NCBI GenBank assembly: GCA_031763465.1
Contig: JARFOE010000121.1
Location: 1,488,023-1,525,054 of the forward strand
Origin: Squatina squatina
Lineage: Eukaryota
Reading direction: 5' to 3'
Length of the DNA stretch: 37,032 nt
A program made the position numbers and the translations under genes. Positions 11,250 to 22,817 of this stretch are shown here, one piece after another; positions within the stretch are counted from its first letter, which is position 1; every line of letters starts with the position of its first letter. The notes under the pieces were generated by a model that saw only the letters and a list, made by a program, of their open reading frames with translations, ran no database searches and had not been told where the DNA came from.

Positions 11250-13313
11250 TCTTAGTTTTATATTGTACTGTTCTAGTAGTATACCCAAATACCCTACTTA
11301 CTTTTCCTATAACCTCACTACACGAGATCCTATCAGCTTTTATAAAGCTGCTGGTCATGTTTTGCAAATTGACACACATTGAAAAACTTTTCAGCACCCT
11401 AAAATTATTTATCGCGATTTTTTTGAAGTGTAATAGGTATTAGTGAATGATATGTATCATTCTACTTTGGTGCCCCCTAGTGCACCGATTTCAGAGGTGA
11501 TAGTGAAGTGTAGAATGAAGATTTTTTTCTGTCATGTCACGTAATGTCCATCTGTCAATTTTCTTCAATTTCATCGATCTCGTTTTTTATTGCCAAAGCT
11601 GGCAACTGACGAGCTGCAAAGAAGTGACTGAATCTAAACATCCAGCAGCTTAGACATGTAACAGACCCCAGTTGAAATGTACAAGGTGACTAACCCCGCA
11701 AAAAATCCAGCAACCAGTTTTTCCATGTAGGTAGCAGTGTACTATACCCAACCTGTACATTCAGATATCTCCTGGAACTTCATTCCCCAGGCAGAGTCTG
11801 CTGCTGTCTGTCTGCATTGCACTCATTCACCTGTACCTCAGTTTTGCCTCTGTTTAATTCCTCAGCAGGACTATGGAAATCCATAAAGTTGGCAAGTCAT
11901 TCATCCTGGATTTATTTAACTCAGAACTCACAGCTTCTGAAATATGTATGGAAATAAAAAATCAGGTTAAGCAAACTCTAGACTTTATTTTCTTCATCAG
12001 TACTTTCGTTTGGGGAGCATAGTGTGGCTGGGCAGGAGGGGAGAGAGAGACACACACACATAGAAGCAGGGATACCCACTTTAGCTGGAGAAGAAGGGAC
12101 AGGCAAAGAGACCCTCTTGAATTGTGTTAGAAAGATTCTGTTGAAGACAGTTGAAGACAATTGAAGCAGAACCTGTTGGGAAGTGTAGGTGTGGCGGAGG
12201 GGAACTGAGACTGTTTTGGGTCGAGTAAGGGAGAGAGACCCTTTACAAGAGAAGGGTACCTCTGGACCTGCTGGGACTATGAATAGCAGTTGATGTTGAG
12301 GCTTAATGGGCTCCTGTTACAATACAGCCTATCCTATTCAGTGTGTGGAATGTAACAGGGCATACATAAATATCAATAGGGTCCTGATAATATTACCATA
12401 TATTATTCTCATGCTTGTTAATTTGTCACTTCAGGCTTCAACAAAACAATATAAATACCTTAAATTACCTGAAATGGAGAATCCTGAAGCGGAACCATAC
12501 TTGATCAAAACACTCTAGTGCAGCAGTGTAATAATCCTGAATACATGAATACATGCTTGCTCCCATGTTAAGATCAGTCTTGCAAAACAAATCGGTTTAC
12601 TTCTGTTTCTCTCCACCATGTGTAGGATATTCCTGCTCAGTCCTGGTAGTGTTGATGCACCATTCCCAAAAAAGACTAATTGCCTTTATTTGAGTGGTGT
12701 TGTTTTGCTTATTCTTGCTTTGTTAATGTCATTTTCTATAGAATTTTCCAACAGTCAAAAAGTAGAAAATTATTCAGTTAACTTAATGACTTGAAATTGT
12801 GTTAGTTCAGAGAAGATAAATGTAATTCCTTCCAGGTAGTTTTTAACAGTTCATGTAAAGTTAGAAAAAGGGTGAAATATTCTCACCACGGTGATGCAAT
12901 CAATCGCTATTGACACGAATTCTAGTTTATGGCTGATGACGAAATAAGCCTCCTTACCTTGTATTCTCTTAAGTAGAAATAAATAATGTGTCCTATATTG
13001 CCTTTAAGGTTTTGGATTATGAATATAAAACGTGCTGCTTTCAGGTGGCTGATTCTAGACAATTGCAACAGAAATTTTGCACCAAAGTCGCAAAGACTAA
13101 TTGAAAGTGAACACATAAAAAATAAAAAGTGTAATCTTCAGTTCATTGCAGTTCTTTAAATTGCAGCCTATGACATTAGAAATTTACAGAAAATAATTTT
13201 TACATATAGGGATCTATGTGTCTGTTACAACTGCCAGAAGTTTAATTACAACAAACCAACATTCTTCATTTTCACTTCCTCATTCCATTGAAAGATTTTA
13301 ACCGGATCTGCAA

Positions 13314-13320
13314 TATATAA
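13314..13320 (+). promoter_or_regulatory. TATA box of the mucin gene
   Basis: TATATAA about 90 nt upstream of the signal-peptide ATG at 13406. Confidence 0.55.
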
Positions 13321-13405
13321 GTAAGGCCATACAAAGGAACCTCAGGTAGCCAACAGCACCAACGAGAATGACACTGAGTTTCTAGTTTAGCCTCAAACTA
13401 ATACA

Positions 13406-13451
13406 ATGAAATCTGTATTAGTGCTGATCTGGGCTCTTGCCCTCTTTAAAG
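13406..13451 (+). CDS. MUC19: Mucin first coding exon (signal peptide), MUC19-like
   Basis: MKSVLVLIWALALFK+G|gtaaga; good start context (ACAATG), hydrophobic core, phase-1 donor; resembles the human MUC19 N-terminus (MKLILWYLVVALWCFFK) and lies just downstream of LRRK2. Confidence 0.75.
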
Positions 13452-14080
13452 GTAAGATTTTTCTTGATATTTTTGTAAATTTGCACATTTTGTTTGTAAC
13501 ATGGTATGTATATATTTAAAATATACTCATTAAATCATTGTGTATGAGAATTGAAAACAATTTATGAAGAACTTGAGATTAGTTGATTTTAAACAATTGA
13601 TTATATTTTCCTTTTATAGTGCAAGTTACCTAAGGCTCTTAACTGGTAACTTATCTTTTATTTTGTGCATAACCTACTGCCAAATTGCCGATGGATAAGA
13701 AACAACATATTGCAGATGGCAATTGAAAATCAGTACAGTTCCTTTGGTACTGTCCCCAATAATTACAACTTTCATGCTTATCCCAGGCAGCCACCTATAT
13801 TGGACACATGACGCCAACCATTTCTGACTGGCACAGGTGTCAATTACAAGGCACCGCGAATAACGTGTTAAGGGTGCCGACTATTTAGGGCAGTTCGGGC
13901 AGCTTCACATCTTGCTGAAGTGCGATTACCTTAGTGATGTGTCTGCCATTATTTCTGCGACCTGGATTAGGCAGCCCCCCCGCTTCCAGTTCCCTATCTC
14001 CCTCCACTCCCTCCATTCCCTCCATTCCCTGGGGGTCTCTAGAACTCCTGCACATGCTGCCAGCTGTTTTCTTGCCAACT

Positions 14081-14207
14081 CATGAGCTCCTTGCAGATGG
14101 CAAGCTGCAGGTGGTGGTGGATGATGCACGACTGTTGTCCCGCAATGCGTTGCCCGTCAACTCCAGGATCTCAGCCAGCAGGTACTCGAGGACCCTGCCC
14201 CAACGCT
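14081..14207 (-). pseudogene. Histone H2A pseudogene fragment
   Basis: Minus strand reads SVGAG / VLEYLLAEILELTGNALRDN / SCIIHHHLQLAICKEL vs H2A [52 protein letters not shown], with deletions and frameshifts. Confidence 0.85.
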
Positions 14208-14479
14208 TTTGAACAGGCTTTACCTTTGGAAGGAGGCAAGTACACTTTCACACTACAGTATATACATTAAGATAAAACAGCCAGCAAAGGATTCAGCCAA
14301 AACTAATATAAACTGACAACTAATGTAAAAAAAAGTGTTCTTGTTTAATTTTCTGGTCACACTGTTCACTGTGTATAGTGGGCAAAGCACATTGACACCA
14401 ACACGCTCAGTATAATTGGTGGGGTCTGCACATAGTTTTTCACTTTGAAAAAGTTAACCACAATCAATAAAACATATCT

Positions 14480-14713
14480 AGAAACATATAAACAGAAAAT
14501 TGGAGCTGGAGTAGGCCATTCGGCCCTTTGAGCCTGCTCCACCATTCAATATGATCTTGGCTGATCCTCTATCTCAATTCCATCTTCCCGCTTTCACCCC
14601 ATATCCCTTGATGCCTTTAGTATCTAGAAATGTATCTACCTCCTTCTTGAATATATTCAATGACTTGGCCTCCACAGCCTTCTGTGGTAGAGAATTCCAC
14701 AGGTTCACCACCC
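14480..14713 (-). mobile_element. CR1 LINE 3' end
   Basis: GGAGTAGGCCATTCGGCCCTTTGAGCCTGCTCCACCATT...GGTAGAGAATTCCACAGGTTCACCAC; reverse complement of the CR1 ORF2 end and 3' UTR. Confidence 0.85.
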
Positions 14714-14813
14714 NNNNNNNNNNNNNNNNNNNNNNNNNNNNNNNNNNNNNNNNNNNNNNNNNNNNNNNNNNNNNNNNNNNNNNNNNNNNNNNNNNNNNNN
14801 NNNNNNNNNNNNN

Positions 14814-15320
14814 CTAAGAGGGGGTGCAACAACTGTTTACCTAAATTGATTCCTGGGATGTGAGGGTTGTCCTAAAAGGAGAGATTGAGTAGAATGGGTT
14901 TATATTCTCTGGGGTTTAGAAGAATTAGAGGTGAACTCATTGAAACGTACAAAATTCTTCGAGGACTTGACAGGGTAGATGCTGTGCAGCTGTTTCCCCT
15001 GGCTGGAGAGTCTAGAACCAGGGGTCACAGTCTCAGAACAATGGGTCGGCCATTTAAGATTGAGATGAGGGGAAATTTCGTCACTCAGAGCGTTGTGAAT
15101 CTTTGGAATTCTGTACCCCAGAGGGCTGTGGATACTCAGTCATTGAGTATAGACTGAGATCGATAGATTTTTGGGGCACCAAATGAATCAAGGGATATAG
15201 GGATAGGGCGGGAAAGTGGAGTGGAGGTAGAAGATTAGCCATGATCTTACTAAATGGTGGAGCAGGCTCGAGGGGCCATATGGCCTACTCCTGCTCCTAT
15301 TTCTTATGTTCTTATGTTCA
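14814..15320 (+). mobile_element. CR1 LINE ORF2 C-terminus and 3' UTR
   Basis: GLYSLGFRRIRGELIETYKILRGLDRVDA...TRGHSLR...FVTQSVVNLWNSVP; ends in a TTCTTATG repeat tail. Confidence 0.9.
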
Positions 15321-15507
15321 TAAAAACAATAAGTTGTGTCTGTGAGAGAGAATAATCCCATACTGTGTATTTACTGTCTAAATTTGTTACTAATCCTATA
15401 ATATGTACAGCCTGAGAGTAAACGTAAGTTTAGATCATTTCATGTTATTTGACAACAAAATATAAATATTTTGGACAAACCACTGAAGATTTTCTCTTTT
15501 ATAACAG

Positions 15508-15656
15508 CCGGATCAATGTGTACCTGGCTGTGTCTGCCCTAAAGGCAAAGCTGAAGATGACAGCGGAAACTGTGTTTGGCTTGAAAAATGCCCTTGCTTA
15601 TTTGGAGGAGAAAGTTTTGCTGAAGGAACAGTAATCGCAAAGGATTGCAACAAATG
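15508..15656 (+). CDS. MUC19: MUC19-like mucin copy A, TIL'/E' (D') exon
   Basis: ataacag| ... |gtgcga, 149 nt; PDQCVPGCVCPKGKAEDDSGNCVWLEKCPCLFGGESFAEGTVIAKDCNKC. Confidence 0.9.
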
Positions 15657-15749
15657 GTGCGATTCACCAAATGCAAAAAATAATAAATTTCATATATTAA
15701 AAGCTGTATAATATTATAGAACACAATTTCACCATTCTTTATATTGCAG

Positions 15750-15888
15750 CACTTGCCAAGGTGGATCATGGAATTGCACGGAGAAGCCATGTTCAAAGAC
15801 CTGTAAGGTTTATGGTGAAGGTCATTACACAACTTTTGATGAGAATAGATACACCTATGAGGGTAACTGTGAATATATATTTGTTCAG
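15750..15888 (+). CDS. MUC19: MUC19-like mucin copy A, start of VWD3
   Basis: attgcag| ... |gtaagt, 139 nt; TCQGGSWNCTEKPCSKTCKVYGEGHYTTFDENRYTYEGNCEYIFVQ. Confidence 0.92.
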
Positions 15889-16282
15889 GTAAGTTACAAT
15901 GACTAAATAGTTGATTTACTCTAAATAGAAAATGGGCCATAGGTTTGCATTTATTCTGTTCGATGATAAGTTAAGTTCCTGAACAGATATTACAAGTTTC
16001 TGAAGATTCAGAAACCCTATTAATTCATCTTTCCCATAACCTGAATAATAATATGGTGAAGACACAAATAAAAACCTTGATACGAACAGTTTATCAATAA
16101 AGACTGATATAGTACTTAGCGTATTCACACCGTTCTTGGAATACAGGCTTTAATGATTAAAATGAAATTGAAGGTTATACACACTGCTGGATGAGATTTG
16201 ACTTTTGTATATGTTTGAAATATTTCAGAATTCACGAGCAACAAACTAATGAATGAGATCAAGTTATGTACACATCTCATCC

Positions 16283-16555
16283 ATCATAGAATCATATGGT
16301 ACAAAAGGAGGCTATTCAGCCCATCGTGCCTGTGCCAGCTCTTTGGAAGAGCTACCCAATTAGTCCCACTCCCCCACTCTTTCCCCATAGCCCTACAAAT
16401 TTTTCCTCTTCAAGTATTGATCCAATTCCCTTTTGAAACTTACTATTAAATCTACTTCCATCAGCCATTCAGGCAGTGCATTCCAGATCATAACAACTCA
16501 CTGCATAAAATAATTTCTCCACATCACCAACTCTGGTTCTTTTGCCAGTCACCTC
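16283..16555 (-). mobile_element. CR1 LINE 3' end
   Basis: CATAGAATCATA tail then GGAGGCTATTCAGCCCATCGTGCCTGTGCCAGCTC...GGCAGTGCATTCCAGATCATAACAACTC. Confidence 0.75.
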
Positions 16556-16619
16556 AAATTATCCGTGATATTCTGTTTAAACAAAGCAATGTTTCATTTT
16601 CATTGCCTGCGGCAGGACC

Positions 16620-17060
16620 ACGGCAAATTGGTCCACTGGCCTCATTAGTTCAGTGTGGGTGAGATGCAAGCGCCAGTCGTAGCCCCAGAGGCAGCTCACG
16701 GTGAAGGGGGAGGGGAGTGGAGGAGTGTATTTAGTCGGCTGGGACGCCGAGGGGCTCATGTGAGTTCGGGAGGTGGGCAAGCAGTGGCTGGCAGTGACAT
16801 CATCTTTAATGTGAAGCTGGGAGGAGCACTCCTGCTTTTCCCGGGTCCACATTCAGGTAAATATTTTTAAAAACTTAACTTTTGTGAACTGAGCAGCACA
16901 TTCAAGGAGTCTAACATCTGTGTTAGCCAGTCGTCAGGGATGCTGATACAAAGCCCAAAAAAATATGATATTCGGGCACGGGAATTTAATCCCCTAAATT
17001 GTACCTCTGCACCCGTTTTCTGCCTGGAAAAGTGGAACAAGGAGGTTCAATTTCAGCCCC
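16620..17060. mobile_element. Decayed Harbinger-type MITE
   Basis: GC-enriched block ending CAATTTCAGCCCC, the reverse complement of a GGGGCTGAAATTG terminus; left end uncertain. Confidence 0.4.
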
Positions 17061-17228
17061 ACTATATAATAAAATGCATCAATGGTTTACAATTAAAATT
17101 GTACTGTGTAGTTTTCTGATTATACTGATATATTACACACTGGTCCTAATTATTGAACTGTTTGAGCCATATAAACTGTACAGACCATACTTTGTTGCAC
17201 ATTTTTATTTAAACTATCTTCATTTTAG

Positions 17229-17333
17229 GACCATTGTGAAGGCAAAACGGGTACATTCCAAATACTAACAGAAAATGTTCCTTGCTGTGAAAATGGAGTG
17301 ACATGTTCAAGAAATATCAAAATTATATTTCAA
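17229..17333 (+). CDS. MUC19: MUC19-like mucin copy A, VWD3 exon
   Basis: ttttag| ... |gtaaat, 105 nt; [35 protein letters not shown], with the VPCCE-G-TCSR signature of MUC19/submaxillary mucin. Confidence 0.92.
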
Positions 17334-17484
17334 GTAAATATGCTAATTTACAATTATTGGGTAGCTATGTTAGTATTAGCAGCCATTTTATTAGAAGTTT
17401 TCAAAATATAAATTTCACTTGGGACCATTAATGATCGTATGGGTTCTAAAGCATTCTGTTTTTAAATCCACTTGTGTCTTATAG

Positions 17485-17673
17485 GATAAAGAACTAACTT
17501 TGGAAGATGGGAAAGTGGGAGTTTCTGATACAAATTCTGTAATAGATTGCACAGATATGTCCTATTCATTTCACACTGTTGGGCTCTATTTAATCCTTAC
17601 ATTTTCCAATGGGATCGTTGTGATTTGGGACAAACACACAGGACTTTCAGTCACATTGGATGAACAGTGGAGG
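17485..17673 (+). CDS. MUC19: MUC19-like mucin copy A, VWD3 exon
   Basis: cttatag| ... |gtaagt, 189 nt; [63 protein letters not shown]. Confidence 0.92.
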
Positions 17674-18692
17674 GTAAGTGCGGCTTTGAGCTAAAGTATT
17701 CTCTCTTACGTATGATTTTTGATTCTTCACTTTTTCTGAAAGCAAATAGTCACCTGGAAGTTCGAATAATGCAGAAGAGTATAATATGAACATTTACCAG
17801 CCAGATAGTTAGCTGAATGATAAAAATAGAGAAAAATAATTGTCCTTGATTAGACAGGACTTTGTGTAAAACCAATATAAATATCTGTATCTGGGCCCAA
17901 AGCACATCATAATGACATCAGCAGAGAAGAAAGCTATCGTAGTGATGGCACAGTATCAAATATGCACCGATAATGGGTCAAATAGGATAGAAAAAAGGAG
18001 TCTATAAATGCAATCAAGTGAAGAGTGTTAATATAACTCCAGGGGATTGGTCCAACTATTAAAAGGAGGTGGTAAATCTTAATTTTCCTCTTCATCCCTC
18101 AACTTAGCTGCCTCTAAGGAATCCCCAGAGATCAATTACATTTCCACAGCTATTATGTGAATTAACCTAAGGAAGATCATGGGGATGAAATTTTATACTT
18201 TTTAGTGCCCCTTTCTCGCCTTATGAAGGCGTGATGGAGGCGCAAAAAGAATTTGGGGCACTTAAAGCCCGAGTAGCGCCTTCCGTAAACTCGGCCCCCA
18301 TTTTCTTTGGGCGCCAAAAAAGTCGTGCCTCCGTGGCCCAGCGAGGTGCTGTTTTTTGAGGCGCTAGCTGCCAGTGATGTCATCTAGCTGCGCAACACCT
18401 CCATGGCGCCTCGTAGCTAAATTCGACAGACTGACCTGAGCGCCTTAAGTGTCCTCCAAAAGACAATACCGGGAAAACCTGTTGGTACACAGGTTTCCCG
18501 GGGCATTAAGCCATCTTGTTTGAGGGTATAAGTAGTTGACTCACTGAGAGAATGGCAAGTAGGGGCAGGGATGCATGTGATGTGCTCTTGCCACTTGAGG
18601 GTTGAAGATGGCTCACTTCATTCAGTGGAAGATCTGAGAAACTTTAACCCCTTCAGCTCAAAGGAACTTTTAAAGGCATTCCAACCATCACA

Positions 18693-20115
18693 ATGGTTGC
18701 TGTTCCAGTGGTGGACCATCTACTTCTGCTTTATCTGAGGGAGTACCTCATCAGAAGGAGAAGGTGGAGACAGGAGCAGAGGCAAAGGCTCCAGCAGACA
18801 GATGGACAAGTGGCAGGGGCAATTGAGGGATCCCAAGTGCCACCAATGCAAGAGGCACAGCCTGCAGACGTACCACCACATATGCACAGGCAGAGGCCAG
18901 CTAACAGAGGGAGGGGCAGGCTGCCCCACGCTCAAGCTGACCCACCAGCTGACCCACCAGCACCGGACCAGCAACAGGTCCAAGGCAGAGGAGGGGCCCG
19001 TGTCAACCTTCAAAGGAAGCCTTACCCACGCACGGTCTTCCGTGAGCGATTTAGTTACCTCCAGTTATCTGAGGAGCTGTGTGTGTGAAGACTTCGATTC
19101 TCCCGGGGCATCATCATGGAGTTCTGCCATCTGCGCGCCCCAGATCTCCAGCCACAGACTAGGGTCAGGACAGCTCTGTCTGTAGCAGTCAAGGTAATCA
19201 TTGTCCTCCATTTCTTCACCAAAGGCTCCTTTCAGGGAGCCACTGGAGATATGTGCAGCATTTTGCGATTTGCAGTTCATCACGCAATCAACAATTTCAC
19301 AGATTTCTTCCCCATGTCGAGAGAGAAGGTAGTGGAGCGACAAATGGATTCTTCCGAATGGCTGGCTTCCCGATGGTGCAGGGCGCCATCGATTGCACTC
19401 ATGTAGCCATAAGGGCCGCACATACTCAGCCAGAAGAGTGCCTGCAAATGCAAGGGCTTCCTCTCTCTCAATGTTAAGTTGGTGTGCGATCACAAGAGGA
19501 TGATCATGGCCATCGATGCCCGCTATCCAGGCAGTGCACACGACGCCTTCATATTGCAGCAACCAGGATCCACCAACATTTTGAGGGTCCCACTGCCCCG
19601 CGTGGATGGCTTCTGGGAGACAAAGGGTACCCCTTGCTAACATGGCTCATGACCCCCCCTTCAGAACCCCCGCAGTGCAGCTGAGCACGCCTACAATGAC
19701 AGCCATTCCTCTACAAAGAGCATCATTGAGCAATCCATTGAGCGATTCCGCTGTCTTGACAGGTCAGGGGGAGCACTGCAGAACTCTGCTGACTGGGTCT
19801 CCTTGTTTGTTGTGGTATGCTGCATGCTGCACAACCTGGCCATTCAGAAGGCACAGCCAATTGTGGATGAGACTGGACCCGCAAACTGCCCACAAGCAGA
19901 GGAACGTGAAGATAGACCTCATCCTGAGGGTGTGGAGTAAGGGCAAGATGACGAGATGGATGAGGAAGAAGAGGTATGCGAGGAGGACGAAGGGCAGGAG
20001 GACCATGTGGTCCAGGAGCACCAAGTAGCAGGAGAGGAGGGGTTGCAGACGCCTAGCCGGAAGGGATCCAGCAAGGGAGGCCAGGCAGAACCTCACTGAG
20101 GCTCGATTTCAATAG
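18693..20115 (+). pseudogene. Harbinger (HARBI1-family) DDE transposase pseudogene
   Basis: YLQLSEELCV*RLRFSR, ALSVAVKV...FFTKGSFQ, GFPMVQGAIDCTHVAI, SLNVKLVCD, ARYPGSAHDAFIL, GWLLGDKGYPLLTWLMTP, IIEQSI, RFRCLDRSGGALQ, CCMLHNLAI, acidic tail, AREARQNLTEARFQ*; spread over several frames, with an in-frame TGA at 19086-19088. Confidence 0.93.
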
Positions 20116-20329
20116 CTTCGCACTTCAACACAACCATCTCCATGAATTCTGTCAGCAAATAGATTAGCTGTAGGCTCCACAATCCATTCCCCTCACGCAA
20201 TTGCATGACCAAACACAAACACTGTGGTGAAATGCCCTCCAGACACCCTGGAATTTAACGTATACACATTGATGTGCTGAAAAGTTAAATTTATCACAAT
20301 TCATAAGTTGAACTACTATGGTAATAAAG

Positions 20330-20435
20330 TTATTCACCCTTGTGCTTCGCCAATTCACCCTTTGCCTTCTTCACCCTTTTACTCCTTCTGAGTGCTGTCA
20401 TGGTACCCGAGTGAATGTGACCAAAGCAGCAGCTG
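20330..20435 (-). pseudogene. Probable C-terminus of the Harbinger second (Myb/SANT DNA-binding) ORF
   Basis: Minus strand ...GTMTALRRSKRVKKAKGELAKHKGE*, convergent on the transposase as typical for Harbingers; assignment rests on position and basic composition. Confidence 0.45.
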
Positions 20436-21037
20436 NNNNNNNNNNNNNNNNNNNNNNNNNNNNNNNNNNNNNNNNNNNNNNNNNNNNNNNNNNNNNNNNN
20501 NNNNNNNNNNNNNNNNNNNNNNNNNNNNNNNNNNNTCTACCATGAAGCTACTAACTTCTCCCACTTCCACACCCTCCATTGTCACCAACCCAATACTTCG
20601 GAGGTCCAACTCCTCATGCTGAGCGAGGAGGCAGATTATCTGGTCGACTACCAGTACAGGTTCTCTTTTGATGGTTGTGGGCTCCCTTCACCTTTCACAT
20701 GAGACCAAACAGACAGTTTCAGCATTGGAATGTTCCATGAAGATTACTGCAATAATGAGCTTATATTCCACAGGGAGTGAAAGGATGAGTAGTTTGAGGT
20801 GCCATATTAATTTACTGATACAAAGTGGAGCTCTGATGAGACAAAGGACGCCTGTCCCTTTGGCTGCCACTGGGTTGTAGCTGCAGTTTTACAGACACGG
20901 TAGTTCGGGGCTGGAAGATGTGAGGGTGGGGGCCAGTGCTTTCCTGGCTGCACAGCTGATGGGCTCAGTGCTTCATGCAAGCATCGTACAGACTTCCTTT
21001 TGAGCAGGCACATTTAAAATAATCCTAGTTAGGTAAT

Positions 21038-21218
21038 CTTCCTCAATCCAGTGAACCTCTTTCTCCACTTGCTCCCATGACTTCTGGCCATGAAAGTCTG
21101 TGATTAGATGGCTGGTTACCATGTTTGCTGAACTTTGGTTAGGTAAGAGTGTTCTCCTCAGTCTATAAAGTATCCAGCTTCCTTGCTGCACCTCTGGCAG
21201 CAGGATTTCCAGGCTTCC
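21038..21218 (-). pseudogene. Decayed Myb/SANT-like domain remnant
   Basis: GSLEILLPEVQQGSWILY ... KSWEQV then frameshifted RKRFTGLRK resembles LExLVxEVxxRRxVLY...RTWxQCRKRFNDLRR. Confidence 0.5.
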
Positions 21219-21626
21219 TTTGGATGGTTCTTCAAGTTCTTGCAGACATCACCTTACTCACAATAGTCAGGTTCTATTATACAGTCACTGTTGCAGTAGC
21301 AAATGCACAGAGTACATTGAGATTATGTAAATTAAGTGATCCTGTCACATCTGACTGAGTTGGCAAGCCACTCTAGTTGCAAGGGAGTGCTATGATTACT
21401 GCCATTTTTTGTCACAACCAGGGAATTGGTTCTTGGATTCAGATGGTGGGTGAAAAGGCCAGCTGCCAAAATCAATGTAAAAGACGATCCTTGAGTGCTG
21501 TAGAATTAGTTCATTCTTGTTTGCTATGTTCTGAGACATTATTGTATTAAATTGACTTGAGTTAAATGAGTACTGTTAAAGCAATCCACATGGTTACTGA
21601 TCTAATTAACTTTCCTTTAACTCTAG

Positions 21627-21786
21627 TGCACTGGGATTTGGACAGAAGACTGTACTATTAAAGAATGTGTGAATGGAGAAATTGTTACACGAAAAACCTG
21701 CAATCAAGAAAAGCCTAAATGTCGTAATAATTTAAAGCCCATTGAAGTAATAAATGAATGTGGCTGCCAGTCTTGGGAATGTGGAT
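21627..21786 (+). CDS. Mucin Cys-rich exon preceding VWD4, module 1
   Basis: ctctag| ... |gttagt, 160 nt; CTGIWTEDCTIKECVNGEIVTRKTCNQEKPKCRNNLKPIEVINECGCQSWECG, like the post-PTS segment of MUC2/MUC5. Confidence 0.85.
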
Positions 21787-21908
21787 GTTAGTATCTTTCA
21801 CCTGGTTTAATTACTATATCATTAGACATTATTAGTAGCATTAACACTCATTGTTTTGTTTCCCTCATCACAAAAAAACATGCAAACCGTATTCTGCTTA
21901 CTTTTTAG

Positions 21909-22118
21909 GTCAATGTCACGTATGGGGAGACCCACACTATACTACCTTCAATGGGCTATCGTATAATTTCTTCAAGAATTGCACATACGTTCTTGTGGAA
22001 GAACAAGATCCAAAATACAATTTCAGAGTTCTAGTAGATAATTACTTCTGCTTTCCTTCTGTACCCTATTCTTGTCCAAAAGGGCTAATTATTTTTTACA
22101 AATCAGTTAACATCACTA
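21909..22118 (+). CDS. Mucin VWD4 first exon with GDPH motif, module 1 (cut by gap)
   Basis: tttttag|; CQCHVWGDPHYTTFNGLSYNFFKNCTYVLVEEQDPKYNFRVLVDNYFCFPSVPYSCPKGLIIFYKSVNIT, of MUC2/MUC5 VWD4 type. Confidence 0.9.
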
Positions 22119-22218
22119 NNNNNNNNNNNNNNNNNNNNNNNNNNNNNNNNNNNNNNNNNNNNNNNNNNNNNNNNNNNNNNNNNNNNNNNNNNNNNNNNNN
22201 NNNNNNNNNNNNNNNNNN

Positions 22219-22575
22219 CAGACAGATGCTCAGGAGAGGGATGGAGTCAGTGGCTAGGGAATGGAGCTTGTGGCGGGGACCAAAAACAATGGCTTCGATC
22301 GTCCCAATATTCAATCGGAAAAAATTTCTGTTCATGCAGAACTGGATGTCGGACAAGCAGTCTGACAATTTTGAGACTGTGGAGGCATCGAGAGAAGTGG
22401 TGGTGAGCTCGACCTGGGTGTCATCAGTGTACATATGGAAACTGATGCTACGTTTTCAGATGATGTCGCCAAGGGGCAACATGTAGATGAGAAACAGGAG
22501 GAGGCCAAGGATAGGTCGTTGGGAGGCACCGGAGGTAATTATGTGGGGTGGGAAGAGAAGCCATTGCAGGAGATT
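22219..22575 (-). mobile_element. L2-clade LINE reverse transcriptase fragment
   Basis: MYTDDTQVEL...LSDCLSDIQFCMNRNFFRLNIGTIEAIVFG matches the YADDTQLY...WMxxNFLxLNxxKTE motif. Confidence 0.85.
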
Positions 22576-22624
22576 CTCTGACATACACTTCAGAGAGATG
22601 CATGGCTGCATCCAGGCTCTCCCA

Positions 22625-22817
22625 TGACTCCCTCCATATGCATGAGAAGGCCTTGGAGAAGGTGCAGAGGAGATTTACTAGAATGGTACCAGGGATGAGA
22701 GACTTCAGTTACATGGAGAGACTAGAGAGACTGGAGTTGCTTTCCCTAAAGTAACGATATTTAAGGGGAGATTAGATAAAGGTATTCAAAATTATGAATA
22801 GTTTTGATAGGGTAAAT
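22625..22817 (+). mobile_element. CR1 LINE ORF2 fragment
   Basis: ALEKVQRRFTRMVPGMRDFSYMERLERLELLSL...LRGD*IKVFKIM. Confidence 0.85.

Larger units (their letters stand above)
18181..20435 (+). mobile_element. PIF/Harbinger DNA transposon (decayed autonomous type) in a mucin intron; right end not visible
   Basis: Left terminus GGGGATGAAATTTT followed by a CpG-rich subterminal region, a transposase pseudogene and the end of a convergent basic ORF; cut by gap at 20436. Confidence 0.85.

Noticed and set aside
11990-12290. Purine-rich stretch resembling an antisense L2 LINE ORF2 remnant
   Set aside because: Too degenerate to show a diagnostic motif by eye
12435-12518. Acceptor-like site followed by ASTKQYKYLKLPEMENPEAEPYLIKTL*
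   Set aside because: No similarity to LRRK2 (already terminated at 7217) or mucins; no supporting upstream exon
13620-13645. Possible small exon 2 after the signal exon (ttttatag|TGCAAG...CTG|gtaact)
   Set aside because: Joined in phase 1 it gives VQVT then TAA; no open frame compatible with exon 1
18693-20115. Host domesticated gene HARBI1
   Set aside because: Multiple stops and frameshifts, TIR-like terminus and intronic location indicate a transposon copy
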